A DNA stretch of 64,000 nt from positions 66,290 through 130,289 of the forward strand of contig JACPKP010000003.1 in the NCBI GenBank assembly GCA_016186955.1. The letters are read 5' to 3'. The first letter of the stretch is position 1. Every line of letters starts with the position of its first letter. Below the pieces are notes generated by a model. It saw only the letters and a program-made list of their open reading frames with translations, searched no databases and was not told the origin of the DNA. Below are positions 37,530 through 46,947 of the stretch, piece after piece. The stretch comes from Candidatus Daviesbacteria bacterium. GTDB taxonomy: Bacteria; Patescibacteriota; Microgenomatia; Daviesbacterales; UBA10151. Both the position numbers and the translations under genes were made by a program.

Positions 37530-39857
37530 CTATCTCTTTTGCATTAAAGTAACTTCTGCTTGACCGGTTTTGAATTTTTTGACATTTATAAATTTCCTGT
37601 TAATTTCATTTTTTACAACTTGGGATTCTTTATCATCAGTCCAGATATTCGTATCTACTAACCAAAACTCTTTTGCGGTGATATTTTCCTTTTTACCGCC
37701 AATATACTTGATTGTTTGGGGAGAAAATAGGTTTTTAGTAAGTAAAATATTTTCCCGCTTGGTATAAAAGTAGGTTGAATAAAAAGTAAGGGAGGAGGTA
37801 TGTGCAATGGGAATTTTTGGGTTCGAGTTTATAATTTGAATGATTGGCTTAATTTTTATTCCATTAAAAAAAGGACCCGTGAGTTGGATGAGAGAGGTAG
37901 AGCTTAGTAGGAACAGACATATAAGAATCAGTTTTTTAGATTTAAAAGACGCGAGACCCAAAGCCATAATCATTAAAAAAACCGGTGAATAAACCGAAAA
38001 CCCTTTCGGTGAAAAGATGGGTATAAAAAAACCCGCCCCGGATAACAATATAAGCGGGATACCATAAACCAGGCTTAAATAAAAACTTTTAATTAACCCT
38101 TTGAGAAATAAAACAAGGGAGACAATTGTCAGAGGGATAAATAAAAACAAGTAATACCATGGTAATTTTGGGAAATTGCGCAAGGTAACTTCTCCGATCC
38201 CCCCCAGGGTTGGTGAGGCGAGAGATGCCGGCAATGACAATATACTATTGGGGCAGGAGCAACCATTATGAGGTGTTTGTATTGAAAAGAAAAGCCATGG
38301 GATAAACAAGATTACTTCAATCATCAAAATGACAAACCATCTACTGCGAAGCTGCGGTTTTTTCACCAGTAAAAATAAAGTTAAAGGAAAGAAAATCAAT
38401 ATTACATAAAATTGTGTATATAACCCCAAAATAGAAACCAAAACAAATAAAATAGTATATTTAAAGTCAGGTTTCTCAAATAGTTTAAGAAAAGATAAAC
38501 ACATTGCGCTGATAAAAAAAATGGCCATGGAATGAAGCCTGGCAGTGGTTGCGAGATAAACTGTAAGAGGGGAAAGCGAAAATAATGCGGCCGCAAGGCT
38601 TGCCGCTTTTTTATTGAAGTCTGCCGAAAACCGTGGACTATTAGTCCACGGATGAAGGCGACGGAAAGAAGCGATTTCTGAAAGAAACCGCTCCGATGTA
38701 CATCGGAGCGGAGCTTCATTAAATCTCTGGGTAATTTTAAACAGTAACAAAATAGTTGCTAAATTAAATAATAGTGAAGGCAGCCTTAAAAAAACCTCAT
38801 TACTGTTGACCTTTAGCCAAAAATGCATCAGGGTATAATACAAAGGAGGATTATTGTCCGTTAAAACAGCCTCAAAAACTGTTTTTAATGGAAGTTTTGC
38901 AATATGGTATGTAAAGGCTTCATCAAACCAGAAATCATGGGATATCAGAGCATAAATCCGGAAAAATAAACCTAAGAAAAAAGATAGAATAAGAATCTTA
39001 GTTTCAAACCGGCTGTTTTTAAAGTTCCACCAAAAACCCCACCACCGCTCATTTAAAGTATTTCTTTTTTTAAAAACTAACAGGTAAAAAGGTGCAATAA
39101 ATAATTGAAAAATTGTAACAACAATTTTTTGCGGTAGATTACCGTAAGTATATATAATACTGAAAGTGGCCTTGTAATAATAATGATATTTTAAAGGGAA
39201 GTATGTCGGAGTTGATTTGCTTTTGCCATGATAAACAAAGGTATCCGGGAAATAGACAATTTTGCCGCCTTTTTTTTTAATCCTCAGGCTAAAATCAGGG
39301 TCATCTCCATAAAAAAAATATTTTTTATCAATTAACCCAATTTTTTTCAGGGTTTTTTGGGGAAAAATATGAACCAGCCCTTCCAAATAATCAAATTTTT
39401 GGCCCTCATTTTTAATAATTACCGGAGTTACTAACCCGGTATAGAAATTAATATTTATGGTTGGCGGGAGCAACCGGTGGGAGTCTTTAGCATAAACTTT
39501 GACACCCAAAAGGGCAATGTCCGGATCCCGGTTGAATTTCTCAACTACTTTAACAAAGAAACCCTTTGAAACTGTTACATCGGACTGTATGGAAAAAATC
39601 AACTCTCCGCGGGCTTCCTTATAACCGATATTAAATGCCGGCATCCCTAAGTTTTTAGGCAGTTGAATAACTTGAACTCTCGGGAAAAAATGTTTGATTT
39701 TAGAGCATGTCTGATCAGTTGAGGCGTTATCCACAACAATTATTTCGTATTTATTTTTGGGGTAATCTGCCCTATTTATTGAATATAGAAGATTTGAGAC
39801 ATCGCGCTTACTATTCCATGTTAAAATGACAACAGAAACAAAAGGAAACCTAGTCAT
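37530..39857 (-). CDS. GT2 / GT-C (GT39-like) fusion protein
   Basis: N-terminal GT2 (VDNASTD, FFYGDDPDF), then FWFDEAFTY and DNNPPLYY multi-TM domain. Confidence 0.75.
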   Translation of the reverse strand: MTRFPFVSVVILTWNSKRDVSNLLYSINRADYPKNKYEIIVVDNASTDQTCSKIKHFFPRVQVIQLPKNLGMPAFNIGYKEARGELIFSIQSDVTVSKGFFVKVVEKFNRDPDIALLGVKVYAKDSHRLLPPTININFYTGLVTPVIIKNEGQKFDYLEGLVHIFPQKTLKKIGLIDKKYFFYGDDPDFSLRIKKKGGKIVYFPDTFVYHGKSKSTPTYFPLKYHYYYKATFSIIYTYGNLPQKIVVTIFQLFIAPFYLLVFKKRNTLNERWWGFWWNFKNSRFETKILILSFFLGLFFRIYALISHDFWFDEAFTYHIAKLPLKTVFEAVLTDNNPPLYYTLMHFWLKVNSNEVFLRLPSLLFNLATILLLFKITQRFNEAPLRCTSERFLSEIASFRRLHPWTNSPRFSADFNKKAASLAAALFSLSPLTVYLATTARLHSMAIFFISAMCLSFLKLFEKPDFKYTILFVLVSILGLYTQFYVILIFFPLTLFLLVKKPQLRSRWFVILMIEVILFIPWLFFSIQTPHNGCSCPNSILSLPASLASPTLGGIGEVTLRNFPKLPWYYLFLFIPLTIVSLVLFLKGLIKSFYLSLVYGIPLILLSGAGFFIPIFSPKGFSVYSPVFLMIMALGLASFKSKKLILICLFLLSSTSLIQLTGPFFNGIKIKPIIQIINSNPKIPIAHTSSLTFYSTYFYTKRENILLTKNLFSPQTIKYIGGKKENITAKEFWLVDTNIWTDDKESQVVKNEINRKFINVKKFKTGQAEVTLMQKR
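38615..38719 (+). mobile_element. 105-bp non-autonomous IS200/IS605-type element (PATE/MITE), in frame within the minus-strand gene
   Basis: Follows TTTAT; left hairpin CCGTGGACTA-t-TAGTCCACGG; right 24-bp palindrome CCGCTCCGATGTACATCGGAGCGG; ends TTCAT; removal restores QRFNKK. Confidence 0.75.
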
Positions 39858-40404
39858 ATTTTTTAATGGGTTTTAACATAAAAATTATTTCGGTTGAGGG
39901 AAAAATCCAGCAGAAAAAATATTCATATATTTTTCTGGTAAAGTCGTTAATATTGACAATATATTCAAAGGGTTTATAAGGTAAGGCAAATATAATCATT
40001 TTTTTTATCAAATTGAATCTGATTTTTGGATTATAGCCGGACATGGTTGAAAGGTAAGTCCCTTTTATATAAAAATCAAGGCTTCTTGAGGAAAAAAAAG
40101 TTTTGTGAGTGAGGTCTGTGTACATCCCTTCAGAGGTATAGTGGGGGACTCTGATAAAAATCTCCCCCTCACTTTTACAGATGCGCCAGCATTCTTCGAT
40201 GAGTCGTTTGGCATTTACTACATGTTCAAAAGCATGGTTTGAATAAATAAAATCAGCATAATTTTTGGGAAAAGGGAGTGATTTTTCCAGATTATGCACA
40301 ATGTCTACAGATTTATGTTTTATACAGTCAACACCAATAACTTTCTCACCCCTTTTGGGTTTTAATTTATCATTACCACAACCTAAATCCAAAATGATTT
40401 TCAT
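39850..40404 (-). CDS. SAM methyltransferase (type 11-like)
   Basis: LDLGCG, HAFEHV, DLTHK. Confidence 0.8.
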   Translation of the reverse strand: MKIILDLGCGNDKLKPKRGEKVIGVDCIKHKSVDIVHNLEKSLPFPKNYADFIYSNHAFEHVVNAKRLIEECWRICKSEGEIFIRVPHYTSEGMYTDLTHKTFFSSRSLDFYIKGTYLSTMSGYNPKIRFNLIKKMIIFALPYKPFEYIVNINDFTRKIYEYFFCWIFPSTEIIFMLKPIKKYD

Positions 40405-40421
40405 TATTTAGCGGATTTTGT

Positions 40422-41780
40422 TCATTTAAGTTTAAGGTATTCTACAGAAATATTATCTACCCTGAACGCTTTTTCTATAATGAAATTTTGGCTTACTTGT
40501 TTTAAGACTTCAGCCCTCTCTTTTGGGTCAACCCAGATTTTTGTGTCAACAAACCACGCGTTTGAGCGTGGAAGCTCCGGTTTTTTGCCGCCAACGATAT
40601 AAAAAACCGTTGCCGGGGAAAGCGGGTTTTTTGTAAGTAAAATATTCTGTTTGTTTAAATAGTAATTTATTGAATAATATGTATAAGGGGAGGTGTGCAC
40701 TATAGGCAAGCTGTCCCCGGATACAATATCCGCTACAGACTGCAGCCTGTCACTTTTAAAAAATGGGTGTGTCAGTTGAATAATTGAAACACTAAAAATC
40801 AATACTAATATAACCATAGCAACCACTTTTTTGCTGGTTCCCTGAGCCAATATTAAAAAAAATAAGGGGTTGAACACCCCAAAAGCTTTTGGGGAAAATA
40901 CAGTAAAGAAACTTCCCAAAATTGTTAAAATTGCCAATGGAATCAAGAATATTGATGATAAAAAGGATTGTCTTAAGCCTTTTAAAAAAATGATAAAAGT
41001 TAAAATGGCTGTCACTGAAAAAAGAATTATTAGTGCAAAAGGAAGAGTAGGAAAAGCTCTCAGTGTTATGAGTCCCACACCTCCAATAATTGGTGAAACC
41101 AAAGATGCGGGAAGTGATAAGAGTGCAACCGGGCAAGCACATTCACTATGATTGATTAGCGCAGAAAGATATAGCCAGGGCAATAAGGGGACTGTAATGG
41201 TTGCCAAAATTCCAGCCCAAATTTTTTTACTAAAGCCTGCTTTAAAAGCCAACCAGGAGAAAGGCAGCAATAAAAGCATTAAATAATACTGGGTATAAGC
41301 GCTAATAATTCCAAAAAGAGTAAAGAAAACATAATTTTTAAGCACCCTTTTTTTTAACAGAGAGAAAAACAAGCTTGTTAAAAAAATCGCTTCTAACATC
41401 CCCAATGCGTGCAACCGGGCTTCTGTTGCCATATAAATTGTCAAAGGAGAAACGGCAAATAACATCGCCGCAATCAACCTGGTGGATCTTCCGATTTGAT
41501 TTCTAAATTGGAAATAAATTATCTGCATTGCTGCCAAACTGAAAAGCAGCGAAGGTATACGCAGAAGTATTTGATTGCTGCCCAGTTTTAAAACAAAATG
41601 AATTATGAGGTAATAAAAAGGGGGGTTGTTATCTGAAAGGGCAGCAGGGAAAAATTGGTTCAGCGGTAACCTGGCCAGGTGGTAGGTAAATGCTTCATCA
41701 TACCAAAACGCCCGTTGGTTTATTGCTAATACCCGGAGTAATATTCCCAGCATAAAAACCAGCACGAAAGTCTTATCCAT
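40422..41780 (-). CDS. GT39-like GT-C glycosyltransferase, paralog of the C-terminal half of 37530..39857
   Basis: FWYDEAFTY, DNNPPFYY, EARLH, HSECACP. Confidence 0.75.
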   Translation of the reverse strand: MDKTFVLVFMLGILLRVLAINQRAFWYDEAFTYHLARLPLNQFFPAALSDNNPPFYYLIIHFVLKLGSNQILLRIPSLLFSLAAMQIIYFQFRNQIGRSTRLIAAMLFAVSPLTIYMATEARLHALGMLEAIFLTSLFFSLLKKRVLKNYVFFTLFGIISAYTQYYLMLLLLPFSWLAFKAGFSKKIWAGILATITVPLLPWLYLSALINHSECACPVALLSLPASLVSPIIGGVGLITLRAFPTLPFALIILFSVTAILTFIIFLKGLRQSFLSSIFLIPLAILTILGSFFTVFSPKAFGVFNPLFFLILAQGTSKKVVAMVILVLIFSVSIIQLTHPFFKSDRLQSVADIVSGDSLPIVHTSPYTYYSINYYLNKQNILLTKNPLSPATVFYIVGGKKPELPRSNAWFVDTKIWVDPKERAEVLKQVSQNFIIEKAFRVDNISVEYLKLK

Positions 41781-42555
41781 TTTTAATGCTGATAATAAAT
41801 GAACAACTGGGGATATTTTTTAGCTCAGGTAATATTTTGATGACTTTGCCGTAATTTACAGGCAAAGTCCAAACGCCTTTAAAAACAATGTGCAACCCGG
41901 CAATTTTGAACATTTTTTCCAGCTGTTTTTCTGAAATAGGTTGCTCAATAGGTTGGTGGGTAACATGCAGCAGTTTGGTCGCCAATTTATGGACTGTCAA
42001 GGCACAAGGGATAGGCAATGGTTTATGGACTGTCAAAACCTGTATCTTGGCAACCCGGGCCATCTCATTGATTGCTTTTTGAGGATTTGGGAAATGTTCT
42101 AAACTTCCTGCAGAAATTGCCACATCAAAGGTATTATCTAAGAAAGGCAGGTTTTGAGCGTCAGCCAACACTAAATACTTTGCGCCATTCTTTTTGGCTT
42201 TTTTTAAAGCATTTAGTGAAAATTCTACCCCTACAGTTTCCGGTGCAAGTTTTTCAATCAAGCCCTCCCCGCATGCTATATCAACTGTTTTATTACCCCG
42301 GGCAATCGTTGCCAAAATTTCATATGAACCGTCATTTGGTCCGCCGAAGGTTGTTTGGTGCATTTTATCGTACTCAGCCAGGGATTTTTTTGAAACATTT
42401 CCCGAATAAAGCAAGTTCCAGATGCCGTCTATTTTTGGGTATGTATTATGGCATCTTTTACAGCTGGCTTTTAGTTCCTTAATAGTGAAGGCTATTTTAC
42501 ATTTCGGGCATGCCAGGTAATTTATAAACCATTTGTTATCCATTGTTTCGGGCAT
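41773..42555 (-). CDS. Trm112-like Zn ribbon + SAM methyltransferase
   Basis: LACPKCK...CKRC...YPKIDGI; DIACGEG; SLEHF. Confidence 0.8.
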   Translation of the reverse strand: MPETMDNKWFINYLACPKCKIAFTIKELKASCKRCHNTYPKIDGIWNLLYSGNVSKKSLAEYDKMHQTTFGGPNDGSYEILATIARGNKTVDIACGEGLIEKLAPETVGVEFSLNALKKAKKNGAKYLVLADAQNLPFLDNTFDVAISAGSLEHFPNPQKAINEMARVAKIQVLTVHKPLPIPCALTVHKLATKLLHVTHQPIEQPISEKQLEKMFKIAGLHIVFKGVWTLPVNYGKVIKILPELKNIPSCSFIISIKNG

Positions 42556-43426
42556 TTAAGGTTTTTTTAAGGTTTAAAATATTCCAGAAAAAGCCTTTTA
42601 AAAGCGGGACTAGCCGGCCTTCTTTAAAATGTATTACATTGAAAGGCATTACCAAAAATATCTGAATCAGTAAAATGTTTATTATATTAGCAGGCGGCAT
42701 GTGTTTGAGTATAAATCTGAACTTATTTTTGTACCACTGGTAATATTTTTCAGGTTTATTTTTATTCATCGTGACAGTATTACCGTGCCAAAATTTTGCC
42801 TCAGGAAGACAAGTGACTTGAAACCCTGATTCTCTTGCCCTAAAACAAAAATCAATATCTTCAAAATAGATTAATGAAAACCCTTCATCTACAAGTCCAA
42901 TCTTGTTGATAACTTTTTTGGGTACCATCATACAACATCCTTGAACCCAATCAGGTTCTTTTGATTGGTCAGGATTTTTAGCCATGTATATTTGTCCGGT
43001 CCATCTATTAAACATAAACCCGGCAGAAATAATTTTTTTGGGGTTGGATTTTAAAAATATCTTTCCTCCCAAAACCCCAACTTCTGGATTTTGTTTTAGG
43101 TAGTCTGTCATAATTTTGAAGCTGTCTTTTCCAAAAACCACGTCGTCGTTGGTGATTAGAATATATTGACCGGTTGATTTTTTAATGCCTTGGTTGATAG
43201 CTTTTGCAAAACCCAAATTAGTTTTATTTTTTATAAGTTTAACTTTAGGAAATTTTATTTTAATCTTTAAATCAGACCCGTCTGTGGAATTGTTATCTAT
43301 GACAATAACCTCCAATTGAGACTTTGGGTAATTAAGGTTTTTAATGGATTTAAGGCAATCAAGGGGTTCTTTGCCGCCATTGAAGTTTGGGAATATGATT
43401 GAAATTTTAGGTGATGTCATCCCCAA
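42536..43426 (-). CDS. GT2 glycosyltransferase (WbbL-like)
   Basis: IDNNSTD, TNDDV, YFEDIDFC. Confidence 0.85.
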   Translation of the reverse strand: MGMTSPKISIIFPNFNGGKEPLDCLKSIKNLNYPKSQLEVIVIDNNSTDGSDLKIKIKFPKVKLIKNKTNLGFAKAINQGIKKSTGQYILITNDDVVFGKDSFKIMTDYLKQNPEVGVLGGKIFLKSNPKKIISAGFMFNRWTGQIYMAKNPDQSKEPDWVQGCCMMVPKKVINKIGLVDEGFSLIYFEDIDFCFRARESGFQVTCLPEAKFWHGNTVTMNKNKPEKYYQWYKNKFRFILKHMPPANIINILLIQIFLVMPFNVIHFKEGRLVPLLKGFFWNILNLKKTLNARNNG

Positions 43427-43435
43427 AATACTAAC

Positions 43436-44461
43436 CTAAATCAGTTTATTTTTCCAGGTGGTGGGAGTTGATCCGGTGGTCAGTTCAAGTTTATCAAGAT
43501 ATTGAAACTTTTGTGGGCCCACACTTTTGGCCCATTCCACCATTTTTGCCACACCCTCCTTCAGGGGTGTTTGGTTTTTAAAACCTAAAAGTTTTTTGGC
43601 TTTTGTATCGGTTGAATATGCCATTTTGACTTCCTGGGGTCGGTCTGGAACAAAAATAGGTTTTAGGTGTTTTGGGATATCGTTTAAATTTGTTACAAAA
43701 TGGGATAGTATTTCATTTGCCAGTTCATTGATGGTGTATTCTTTGGATGGGCCGACATTAATTATCTCCCCGGCGGTTTTTGATAAAAAACCAGCATTGG
43801 CTATATAAGGGGTGACATCATCAATAAAGCTGAAAGCCCTTTTTTGCTGCCCATCACCATAAATATAAAAATTTTTACCTTGCATCAGGCAGTTTATAAA
43901 AATTGCCACTACATTTCTGTAGGGATCAGCCAGGTTTTGCTTTGGGCCAAAGACATTATGGGGCCTAATGATAGTGTATTCAAAGCCATAGACTTGGGAT
44001 AAAACTTTGGTTGCATCTTCCATAGCAGCTTTTGATATCCCGTATATATCTACAGGTTTTTTGGGTATGTTTTCTGAGAAGGGAGGTTTTTGGTCACCAT
44101 AAACACTCATGGAAGAGGTCATCACCACCCTTTTGGTTTTAGCTTTAACTGCACCCACTAAAATGTTAAGCGAGGCATTCAAATTACGCTCCGTTGCCCT
44201 GACCGGAGTGAATTGGCTTCTGCCTTCTGTTGCATCAGCAGCCAGATGGTAGATAAGTTGAGGTTTGATTTTGACAATCAAAGCAACTGTTTTGGGGGTA
44301 TTTCTAAGATCCAGTTTGGTAAATATACTCTTGGGGTTTACATTGCGCATGTAGCCGCCCGAAAGATCGTCCACCCCATAAACTTGATGTCCTATCCTGA
44401 TGAGATGATCAACTAAGTGCGAACCCATAAATCCAGCAGAGCCTGTGATAAATATACGCAT
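43436..44461 (-). CDS. NAD-dependent NDP-sugar epimerase/dehydratase
   Basis: TGSAGFMG, SSMSVYG, YGISK. Confidence 0.9.
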   Translation of the reverse strand: MRIFITGSAGFMGSHLVDHLIRIGHQVYGVDDLSGGYMRNVNPKSIFTKLDLRNTPKTVALIVKIKPQLIYHLAADATEGRSQFTPVRATERNLNASLNILVGAVKAKTKRVVMTSSMSVYGDQKPPFSENIPKKPVDIYGISKAAMEDATKVLSQVYGFEYTIIRPHNVFGPKQNLADPYRNVVAIFINCLMQGKNFYIYGDGQQKRAFSFIDDVTPYIANAGFLSKTAGEIINVGPSKEYTINELANEILSHFVTNLNDIPKHLKPIFVPDRPQEVKMAYSTDTKAKKLLGFKNQTPLKEGVAKMVEWAKSVGPQKFQYLDKLELTTGSTPTTWKNKLI

Positions 44462-44462
44462 A

Positions 44463-44573
44463 ATTCAAAATGCAAAATTCAAAAGGTAAAAGTACAATTC
44501 AAAAGTAAAAAGCTTTCAAACTTTTGAATTTTAACTTGAAATTTTAACTTTTGATTTTTGACCTTTGACTTTT
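44463..44573. repeat. Heptamer-periodic inverted repeat whose right arm encodes the C-terminus of the upstream gene
   Basis: TCAAAAK units, centre AAAAGCTTT, then CTTTTGA/ATTTTAA units (KVKGQKSKVKISS*). Confidence 0.75.
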
Positions 44574-45775
44574 TCAGGGTATAGTTTCGCCATTTGCTCC
44601 CTTGAGAATAGCATAAAGATGCCGTTTTTGCTTTTGTAAGTTGTTTTGCAGATGGGACATGAAAGAGTTTTGGTGGATTTATGGTAATTTAAGCCTGGTT
44701 TCTGTTTACAATTGGGACAAGCTAAAAGTTCAAATAATTTCTGTTCAGAAAGTCGCTCGCCACCTTCAAAAAAACCGCGAGTCCTTCCACGCGACTCGCT
44801 TGGAGTTTGTCTCGCGCCGTAAAAGTTCTCGGATGTGATGTTATGTGGTGCGCTCGACTGCACTACATTTTTTTGAATTGGTGGCTTCGCTTCTTTCTCT
44901 GATTTTTTGCATAAAGCCTCTATTCCTCCGCCTAAAATCTGCAAAAGGATGTTTTTATATAATGGGGGATTGAGCCAGCCCCGTACCGGATGGTACTGGG
45001 GCCAACCTTTTTTTGGTGTTTTGATTTGCACACTAATTGGGCCATAAGGGAAAGCCTTTAATGTGGCTTGAACTGCATCAAATACATTTAGGGTTTTTTC
45101 CCAGGTTTTTAAAGAAAAAGCTTCCTCTAAGATATTATTTTCAATCTCACTTTTGCCTATTTTGGAAATGAAATGCAAGACAAGCAAGCTCCTGAGGATT
45201 TTTTCAAACCAGCGCAAGTTCCTGTCCCTTTGCCATAAATTCAAGTTGATCATTTGGGCAACTGGCTCTTCATTAAAATAAAAATAACCTCCCGGCGCCA
45301 ACACCCTATATATCTCTTCCAAAACCGGTTTTGGGTCAGGAAAATGATGGAGTGTTTCAACAGTGAATATAAACGGTAGGGAGTTTGTTTTAAATGGCAA
45401 ATTATAAACATCACAGCAAACCCGAAACGGCATTTTTTTAAAATGCAGCTTGTCTTTATAGTGGTTAGCAAGTAGAAGCGTGTCATATGAGATGTCTGTG
45501 GCAAATCCCTGGGTTTTATATTGATCTTCCAAAAACATTGCCCCTTGCCCAATTCCTGAGCCAATTTCTAAATATGGCTCCAAAGTCATTTCATGTGAAA
45601 TTAAAGATTTAAAATATCTTTTGTAATCTTTAACCCTGCCGCGGATTATAGATAAATTTTGTTTATAAGATGGTTCACCAGGATACATAACTTCCTGCCC
45701 TGCAAATTGTTTAGCCAGCTTACGCCTGAAGTTTACTTCTCCCTGTTGGTTTCTCAGGTTTTGCAGGTTTGACAT
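44531..45775 (-). CDS. SAM methyltransferase + C-terminal Trm112-like Zn ribbon, with in-frame elements
   Basis: LEIGSGIG, LHHFPDP, LAPGG; LACPNCK...CPIC. Confidence 0.8.
   Translation of the reverse strand: MSNLQNLRNQQGEVNFRRKLAKQFAGQEVMYPGEPSYKQNLSIIRGRVKDYKRYFKSLISHEMTLEPYLEIGSGIGQGAMFLEDQYKTQGFATDISYDTLLLANHYKDKLHFKKMPFRVCCDVYNLPFKTNSLPFIFTVETLHHFPDPKPVLEEIYRVLAPGGYFYFNEEPVAQMINLNLWQRDRNLRWFEKILRSLLVLHFISKIGKSEIENNILEEAFSLKTWEKTLNVFDAVQATLKAFPYGPISVQIKTPKKGWPQYHPVRGWLNPPLYKNILLQILGGGIEALCKKSEKEAKPPIQKNVVQSSAPHNITSENFYGARQTPSESRGRTRGFFEGGERLSEQKLFELLACPNCKQKPGLNYHKSTKTLSCPICKTTYKSKNGIFMLFSREQMAKLYPEKVKGQKSKVKISS
44751..44859. repeat. GC-rich nested palindromic element, in frame in the interdomain linker
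   Basis: Outer AGTCG..CACC / GGTG..CGACT; inner GCGAGTC-N9-GACTCGC (44777-44799). Confidence 0.6.
44978..45002. repeat. Small hairpin element, in frame, with duplicated GW codons
   Basis: GCCCCGTACC-ggat-GGTAC-t-GGGGC between ccagcc and ccaacc (KGW-PQYHPVR-GW). Confidence 0.65.
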
Positions 45776-45813
45776 TGCAGCAATTGTAACATTATGTATA
45801 ATCTAGAAAAATA

Positions 45814-46947
45814 ATGCACGTTTTATTGGTTAGTCCTTTAAATCCCAGAGGTTTTGTAAAAAAGTCAAAGCTTAGGTTTCTCAATGGCGAAAGTACTTAC
45901 ACCGAAGCTTTATTAAAAAATCCTCCCAAAGGGGTTGAGTATACTTTTTACTCGGATGCCCTGAAAAAAGGGTGGATTAAACATACATTGTGGCAAAAAC
46001 CCCTTAACTGGTTAATCAAGTTCAGAGTTTTACCCCTCTCCCCGCAAATTATTTGTTTTAAACTCAGAAAAAATTTCGACCTTGTCCATTCCTTAGGCCA
46101 TGGTCTAAAAATTTCAGGAAATCACCCGCCTGTTGTGCTTGCAGATTCATCAGGTAATTATCAAATGGTTAAAGGGTACATGGGGTGGGGTGAAGCAAGG
46201 ATTAAAGTAACCTATTTGATTAAAAGGTTTGTTGTAAAATTTTTAAAATTATACGACCAGGAGTTAAATATTAAAGATGCAAGACTGATTGTTTGGTCGG
46301 AAGCTTCTAAAAAAGATCATATCAGGTTTGGAATTAAAGAAAATAGGATTATAACCATCCCGCCAGGACTGCATAAACCCCTTAAAATGAGGAAAAAAAT
46401 TCCATCTCTATTTAACATCCTTTTTATAGGCACATGGTTTGAAAGGAAGGGTGGAAATATTTTATTAAAAGTTTATGAGCAGCTGGTTAAAAGATACCCC
46501 GGAATAAGCCTGACCATAGTTACAAATATACCTAGTAATACCAAACTGCCTGAAAATACCTACCACCGGGATTTTCTTCCCAGAAAGGAGATATTTGAAT
46601 CACTTTACCCAAAAGGTAGTGTACTTGTACTGGTTCCGCCCAAAGCAGAAGGGTTTGGGCTAACGGTTTTGGAGGCTGCATCCTTCGGGATTCCTGCAAT
46701 TGTTTCCAGGGTGTATGCTTTACCGGAAGTGGTGGAGGATGGCAAAAACGGTTTTTTAATTAAGCCGGGAAGTATTAAGGAACTTGAAAAGGCGCTGGAA
46801 AAATTAATTACTAACCCTGAACTTACAGCAAAGATGGGAAGGGAGGCAAAAAAGAAATTTTTAAAGCATTTCTGGATTAAACAGACTAACAAAAAATTAT
46901 TTAAAGTTTACAAAGAAGCCTTCTATAACAGTAAGCATAGACTCTAA
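45814..46947 (+). CDS. GT4 glycosyltransferase
   Basis: FERKGG, EGFGLTVLEAASFG, DGKNGFL. Confidence 0.85.
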   Translation: MHVLLVSPLNPRGFVKKSKLRFLNGESTYTEALLKNPPKGVEYTFYSDALKKGWIKHTLWQKPLNWLIKFRVLPLSPQIICFKLRKNFDLVHSLGHGLKISGNHPPVVLADSSGNYQMVKGYMGWGEARIKVTYLIKRFVVKFLKLYDQELNIKDARLIVWSEASKKDHIRFGIKENRIITIPPGLHKPLKMRKKIPSLFNILFIGTWFERKGGNILLKVYEQLVKRYPGISLTIVTNIPSNTKLPENTYHRDFLPRKEIFESLYPKGSVLVLVPPKAEGFGLTVLEAASFGIPAIVSRVYALPEVVEDGKNGFLIKPGSIKELEKALEKLITNPELTAKMGREAKKKFLKHFWIKQTNKKLFKVYKEAFYNSKHRL

